A stretch of 29,435 bases of DNA from a virus (taxonomy: Duplodnaviria > Caudoviricetes), in IMG/VR virus record IMGVR_UViG_3300023314_000007, positions 1 to 29,435 of that record; one strand, given 5' to 3'. Shown piece by piece: positions 24,938 to 29,435 of this stretch. The notes below the pieces were generated by a model. It did not search any database and had not been told where the DNA came from. It saw only the letters and a program-made list of their open reading frames with translations. Within the stretch, counting starts at the first letter, position 1. Each line of letters begins with the position of its first letter. The translations under genes and the position numbers were made by a program.

Positions 24938-25101
24938 TGTGATACTTCCTCTAGGTGTTCTATCGCGCTTTTAATGTCTTCGTCAATATTAGCCTCATAA
25001 ATAGCCTTAACCACTTCAAGGATACGGCTAGTGCTAAAGCCTGTTTCTTTACTAGCCTGTAAAGCTAGTTTCTGCTCTTCTGCTCCCCATGTTATAATCA
25101 T
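24934..25101 (-). CDS. 55-aa hypothetical protein (not in the ORF track)
   Basis: AAGGGGG RBS, ATGA overlap. Confidence 0.6.
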   Translation of the reverse strand: MIITWGAEEQKLALQASKETGFSTSRILEVVKAIYEANIDEDIKSAIEHLEEVSQ

Positions 25102-25116
25102 GTTACCCCCTTATTA

Positions 25117-25236
25117 TTAGATATTAGGTTGCCATGCCATGAGTAGCATTAAAGCTATCAATCCTGCAACCTCTAGCGTTGTCTTAAACTTGTTAATCAG
25201 GCTCTTCTTATTCGTTTTATTGTGTTTATATTGCAT
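25117..25236 (-). CDS. 39-aa basic/hydrophobic peptide
   Basis: MQYKHNKTNKKSLINKFKTTLEVAGLIALMLLMAWQPNI*. Confidence 0.45.
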   Translation of the reverse strand: MQYKHNKTNKKSLINKFKTTLEVAGLIALMLLMAWQPNI

Positions 25237-25241
25237 AATAG

Positions 25242-25358
25242 TTAATTAAATGTAACGATTGTTAATGGATATGGATCTAGGTCCACTGGTGGCACTACTT
25301 CGATTCGTGGTGTCGCCTTTGTTGCTATATACTGTACTTTAATCTTTTTTGATGCCAT
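25242..25358 (-). CDS. 38-aa first early peptide
   Basis: Strong GGAGGT RBS; MASKKIKVQYIATKATPRIEVVPPVDLDPYPLTIVTFN*. Confidence 0.55.
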   Translation of the reverse strand: MASKKIKVQYIATKATPRIEVVPPVDLDPYPLTIVTFN

Positions 25359-25462
25359 TTCTTTTTACCTCCAGAAATTAGCTTTTGTTTATTATAAGCG
25401 TTGGATCTGGTGAGGCTTAACGGGTTATGCTCTCGGTTGATCGCTTACTTGCTTATGTATTA

Positions 25463-25491
25463 ATAATAGCACATCATCATTAATAATACAA
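25463..25491 (-). promoter_or_regulatory. Leftward early promoter
   Basis: TTGTAT-17 bp-TATTAT with TGTGC before -10; DnaA box TGTGGATAA at 25518-25526. Confidence 0.6.
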
Positions 25492-25550
25492 TACTTTTAT
25501 GATAGTTTATATAATACTGTGGATAACTCAGTTAATGGCCTTATTTTCAT

Positions 25551-26080
25551 ATCCACCCCTGTTAGTGCTGTCAGAGGGGTATTAAAAACGAGCCATTCTA
25601 AGGCTCTCTAAGGCCCTTCTGGATCAATAGTTGAGTGTATGCCCGTCTATTCTATAGCGCCCATACACAAGCTTAGAATCGGCCGGAAGAAAAAGAAAGG
25701 GCTGTTAGTGATAAGGGTAAAGGTGTCATTATTACATAGGGAAGTATACAACTATTATCATTACTCTTATTATTCTTATTGTAGGGTTATTATTATAGCT
25801 CTATTTATTGTTTATGTGTAAGGTATTAACATGCCTCCGTGTGCTTACGCTTGTCTTTTGATTAATGCAACCGCTCATCCACCCCTGTTATCTTACCTTT
25901 TACGACATAAGCCTTATTGTTAATAGATGGATGTGTACTCATCTTTAGCCTAAAAGCTTAATGTCGCACAATATACGCTACCCCTGTTACAGTACACCCC
26001 TATCCCTTTAAGTTTAATGTTAATTGTTTAATGTTTTAATTTTTATTTTAATTGTTTAATTGTTTATTTAACTATTTAAT
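25551..26080. repeat. Direct repeats (ATCC)ACCCCTGTTA x3 plus T-rich TTAAT-repeat tract; candidate origin or packaging/terminus region
   Basis: Copies at 25551-25564, 25877-25890 and 25980-25989; AT tract ~26007-26080. Confidence 0.55.
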
Positions 26081-26228
26081 GGTTAGGGGGATCATCAGAC
26101 CCCTATAGCACCCGACTGGGGAAGATTAAATATGCTGGGGTGGCGATATTAATCCCTCCCATGTTGCGTCCATAAAATATTTTACAGTTAAAGGCTTACT
26201 ATACCACAAAAAATTTTTATTAAAAGAC

Positions 26229-26258
26229 TTGACAAATCGAATACAGTCGTGTTATCCT
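26229..26258 (+). promoter_or_regulatory. Putative rightward promoter
   Basis: TTGACA-18 bp-TATCCT with TG extended -10 and A/T-tract UP element. Confidence 0.5.
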
Positions 26259-26562
26259 TAGTATACAGTCCAGGCAAGGCAGAAGCAGCCACTAGAGGAC
26301 TCTAAGATATCTAGTATACAAGCTTATAACGGGTGATCTCGCCTATAATGAGATGCAGTGACGGAAATTGATTCCCACTAAAGAGTAATCGTACCTTAAT
26401 AAATAATTAAATAGAATCGATCGTCTTCGACGATAGTTGTATTGAATTCATTGTTAGACAGTTTCGAGGATAATAGCTAATTTCTTGAACTGCCGACGTT
26501 AGAGGTTGCCTAGTAGCGAAGCGCTGCAAATTAGGGAGCCTTTTTAGAATACCCTTTGACCA

Positions 26563-26591
26563 TTGAAACTGTATATACCTTCTGCTATTAT
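26563..26591 (+). promoter_or_regulatory. Rightward promoter for the packaging operon
   Basis: TTGAAA-17 bp-TATTAT with TGC extended -10. Confidence 0.6.
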
Positions 26592-26620
26592 TACATCATA
26601 TTAATAAGCAAAGGAACAGC

Positions 26621-26947
26621 ATGGGAAAACAAATGATTTACATCGACAAGGATGTAGCACCACTATTAAAGGCTGAGGGCCGCGGCAACATGTCGCCACT
26701 CATCAACGATTTATTACGAAAACATTATATGAGCGCACCGGTTGGAGAAGTTGAAACTCCTGATCTAGCTCCTGTGAAAGAAACAGCTCCAGAGACTCCG
26801 GATGTACCGGAAACCACATCACCCTACGAAGTCACGAAATCTCGAACTGGCGAAGGGTCGATTGATGGCAGAATCGAAGAAACCGAGAAGCAACTCGTCG
26901 ATGGAAAGATCGGCGGCGACCAAACTGACGGTGCCGTCTGGAATTAA
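26621..26947 (+). CDS. Ribbon-helix-helix-like protein with acidic disordered tail
   Basis: KQMIYIDKDVAPLLKAEGRGNMSPLINDLLRKHY; AAAGGA RBS. Confidence 0.65.
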   Translation: MGKQMIYIDKDVAPLLKAEGRGNMSPLINDLLRKHYMSAPVGEVETPDLAPVKETAPETPDVPETTSPYEVTKSRTGEGSIDGRIEETEKQLVDGKIGGDQTDGAVWN

Positions 26948-26950
26948 TCC

Positions 26951-28534
26951 ATGGATATCGATGTAGCGACTAAACAGGCTACAGAGGCAGCGCTCGATGA
27001 GATCGCAGAACGAGCTAAAACAGACTTGTTCTATCTTGTCAAATATATTCTTGCTTCTGATCCTAACCTGATTACAGAAGGTACGCACCGCGACCTTACT
27101 GAAATTACTAAACCACTGTTGCCAGGCTTCGTCCCGGGAACTGAGGTTAACTTTACCCCAAAGACTCGCTACAATAACGGTAAAAAGGATGAGGTCCTCT
27201 CGGACCAATTCGATGAGAAGAGGAAGCAAGTCTTGATTCTCATGCCGCGTGGTACATTTAAGAGTTCAATCATTACGATTGGATTCACTTTACAATATTT
27301 ACTAAATGATCCGAACGCTCGAGTCCTTATTGACTCCGAGACGTATGGAAAGGCTAAGAACTTCTTGGCCGAGATTAAAGGACACTTAGATTCAAATGTC
27401 AAATTCAGAACAATCTTCAAACACATCTACGGAGTCTTTCCAGATGATACTCGAAAGGACCCCTCGGTCCGCTGGACGGACGCTCAGGTTGATCTCGCAA
27501 GTCGAACGATTAAAAGAAAAGAACCCAGCATTATGTGTTCGGGTGTTGACCGATCGATTAACGGGATGCACTTCGATCTCATCATTGAAGACGACCTTCA
27601 CTCAGAAAAGAACGTCACGAATAAAGACCAGATCGAACAAGTCATTGCCCACCGCCGACTCGCCCTCTCACTTTTGGACCCAGGTATGCCACGAATTACC
27701 ATTGGAACTCGTTGGGACTTCATGGATGCCTATTCCGATATCCTTAAGAACAAACGAAAGTCCTATAACATCCTTCTTCGCAAGGCCATTGAAGACGACG
27801 ACACTCTCCTCTTCCCAGAACGCTTAACTCGAGAGTTCCTCGACGAGCAGCGCCGCGAACAGGGTAGCTATATCTTCTCATGTCAATACATGAACAACCC
27901 AGTAGACGACGAAACGGCTACGTTTAAGCACTCATATTTCAAATATGTGGACTGGGACGATATAAAAGACAAACCTATCAACTGGTTCTTAGCCATAGAC
28001 CCCTCTAACGAAGGGCCTTATTCTGACTACGCCGCATTTGTCCTGGCCGGGCTGGATGCCGAGCATAATTTGTATGTTCGAGAGGTATATCATAACAAGA
28101 TGAAGTATTCTGATATTATTACCCTGATGTTCGATTGGTATCAGCGGTACACTCCGAGAGGAATGGCGCTAGAGACAGTTGCAACTCAGAAGAATATAGA
28201 GTATATGTTAATAGATGAACAAAAACGCCGAGGCGTTTGGTTGCCGATGAAGATCATCAAAAGCCGAAGTACAGCCAAGGAGGATCGTATTCGTTCTCTA
28301 GCACCTTATTACGAGTATGGACGAGTGTTCCACGTTAAAGATTCTAACCAGATGGAAGATCTTGAATACGAATTGACGCACTTCCCTAAGGGTGAGAACG
28401 ACGACATGATCGACGCACTTGCCACAATCCTCGAAATTGCAACTCCGCCTAGCGGCAGGAATGTACGCAGACAAAATAAAGAAAAAACACCGAGAACTTA
28501 CGATAAACCAAGAAGCCTAGTCACAGGAATATAA
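26951..28534 (+). CDS. terL: Terminase large subunit
   Basis: Walker A LILMPRGTFKSS, Walker B FDLIIEDD, coupling motif IGTRW, nuclease LAIDPS / DYAA / NDDMIDALA. Confidence 0.95.
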   Translation: MDIDVATKQATEAALDEIAERAKTDLFYLVKYILASDPNLITEGTHRDLTEITKPLLPGFVPGTEVNFTPKTRYNNGKKDEVLSDQFDEKRKQVLILMPRGTFKSSIITIGFTLQYLLNDPNARVLIDSETYGKAKNFLAEIKGHLDSNVKFRTIFKHIYGVFPDDTRKDPSVRWTDAQVDLASRTIKRKEPSIMCSGVDRSINGMHFDLIIEDDLHSEKNVTNKDQIEQVIAHRRLALSLLDPGMPRITIGTRWDFMDAYSDILKNKRKSYNILLRKAIEDDDTLLFPERLTREFLDEQRREQGSYIFSCQYMNNPVDDETATFKHSYFKYVDWDDIKDKPINWFLAIDPSNEGPYSDYAAFVLAGLDAEHNLYVREVYHNKMKYSDIITLMFDWYQRYTPRGMALETVATQKNIEYMLIDEQKRRGVWLPMKIIKSRSTAKEDRIRSLAPYYEYGRVFHVKDSNQMEDLEYELTHFPKGENDDMIDALATILEIATPPSGRNVRRQNKEKTPRTYDKPRSLVTGI

Positions 28535-29435
28535 TGATAAACAACGACGAACAATCCAAGGGTTTTTACAAGCCAAAAAACAAAGCTGAACGCGAAGCCC
28601 GACGAAGAGTTTGGGAACGCTTCCAGGCCATGCGCGACGATCAGATCCGTAAGGAAGCTGAAGAGCAATGGGAACGTGCCGATAGGCAGTTTATGCAATG
28701 GCACCCTGAGCGCGATCCAGGTGATTGGCGATCAATGATGACACTGCCGGACGCTTTCGGAGCTGTCCAGGCCCACATGCAAGAAACAATCGACCGTCGT
28801 GGCCGACCATTCCTTGAACAAGTGGATGCATCAGACTTTATTCGAGAATCTTTCTCGAACCACATCTTCAACTTTTCAATGGATCGAACTGGTTTCGATC
28901 TTCAGCAGTTCATGGCTAAACAAGCCGCTGCTATTCGTGGTACCGCTTTCGTCGTTGAACGCTACCGCTACGAAAAACGAAAAGTTAAAGATCTTGATTC
29001 TATCGATAAAGATGGAAACATTAAATATACAGAACGTGAAATCATCGATGCCGATGATACTTATACTGAGTTCGTAGATAACGATACTATTTATTGGGAC
29101 CCTGCAGCAACTCACGAATCTCGTGCCCGTGATGGTGTCGAGCGTGAAGTGATCGACTGGGATGAATTCCAACGTATCTACAAAGACCGCCCAGACTACA
29201 TGAATATTACCAAGGTCCCTAAGGCCGGCAATATTACTGAGAATGTCCTCTTCTTTAAGAAGGCTTCGGACATGACCGACAATGATGTCGAGATCTTGAA
29301 CTACTACAACCGTGCTACTGACTCTTACGATGTTCTCGCGAACAACGTACTTATTCGTATGGCACCGATCCCTTACAAGCACAAGGAAATTCCTTTTGCT
29401 GTTTACCGTCACTACATCCTACTCGGCCGTATGTA
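28534..29435 (+). CDS. Portal protein, 3'-truncated (not in the ORF track)
   Basis: TAATG coupling to terL; open to the window end: MINNDEQSKG...AAAIRGTAFV...IYWDPAA...PIPYKHKEIPF. Confidence 0.85.
   Translation, partial: MINNDEQSKGFYKPKNKAEREARRRVWERFQAMRDDQIRKEAEEQWERADRQFMQWHPERDPGDWRSMMTLPDAFGAVQAHMQETIDRRGRPFLEQVDASDFIRESFSNHIFNFSMDRTGFDLQQFMAKQAAAIRGTAFVVERYRYEKRKVKDLDSIDKDGNIKYTEREIIDADDTYTEFVDNDTIYWDPAATHESRARDGVEREVIDWDEFQRIYKDRPDYMNITKVPKAGNITENVLFFKKASDMTDNDVEILNYYNRATDSYDVLANNVLIRMAPIPYKHKEIPFAVYRHYILLGRM

Noticed and set aside
25639-25821. 60-aa plus-strand ORF
   Set aside because: Low-complexity TAT-rich sequence, no RBS, lies within the non-coding repeat region
28641-29412. 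ORF-track entries 28641-28871, 28799-29077 and 28876-29412
   Set aside because: Shadows of the portal ORF that runs from 28534 off the window end

Overview
This window is a 29.4 kb segment of a tailed dsDNA phage genome with a podovirus-like layout and the standard genetic code. No host core genes, integrase, tRNA or CRISPR array were seen. Layout: (1) 1-5301, rightward: the end of a large internal-virion protein carrying a ParB/Srx-like domain, then a lysis cassette (CHAP-like amidase with a G5 domain, holin candidates) and a bidirectional terminator. (2) 5.4-20.6 kb, leftward: DNA-metabolism and accessory genes (NrdH-like redoxin, stand-alone CxxC-tail peptide, DnaQ/RNase H-like exonuclease, secreted tail-type lysozyme, Acb2/Tad1-like protein, RusA, SSB, three tandem SH3/KOW-like paralogs, PD-(D/E)xK nuclease, HNH-like protein, CxxC-less TrxB-family reductase), driven by a repeated TTGACT-N17-TANNNT promoter. 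(3) A small rightward cassette: KhpA-like, TerS-like and Phd-like genes. (4) A leftward early module with a SAM-lyase/DUF3574-like gene. (5) About 1.2 kb of non-coding DNA with repeats and an AT-rich tract. (6) RHH protein, terminase large subunit and a truncated portal gene. The most notable unexplained signal is two gene-free blocks (7090-7688 and 17140-17506), each built from tandem, stem-closed, multi-branched RNA modules, in a phage that also encodes a KhpA-type RNA-binding protein. A Patescibacteria/Saccharibacteria host is plausible but only inferred. All protein family calls come from motif recognition by eye, not database searches.
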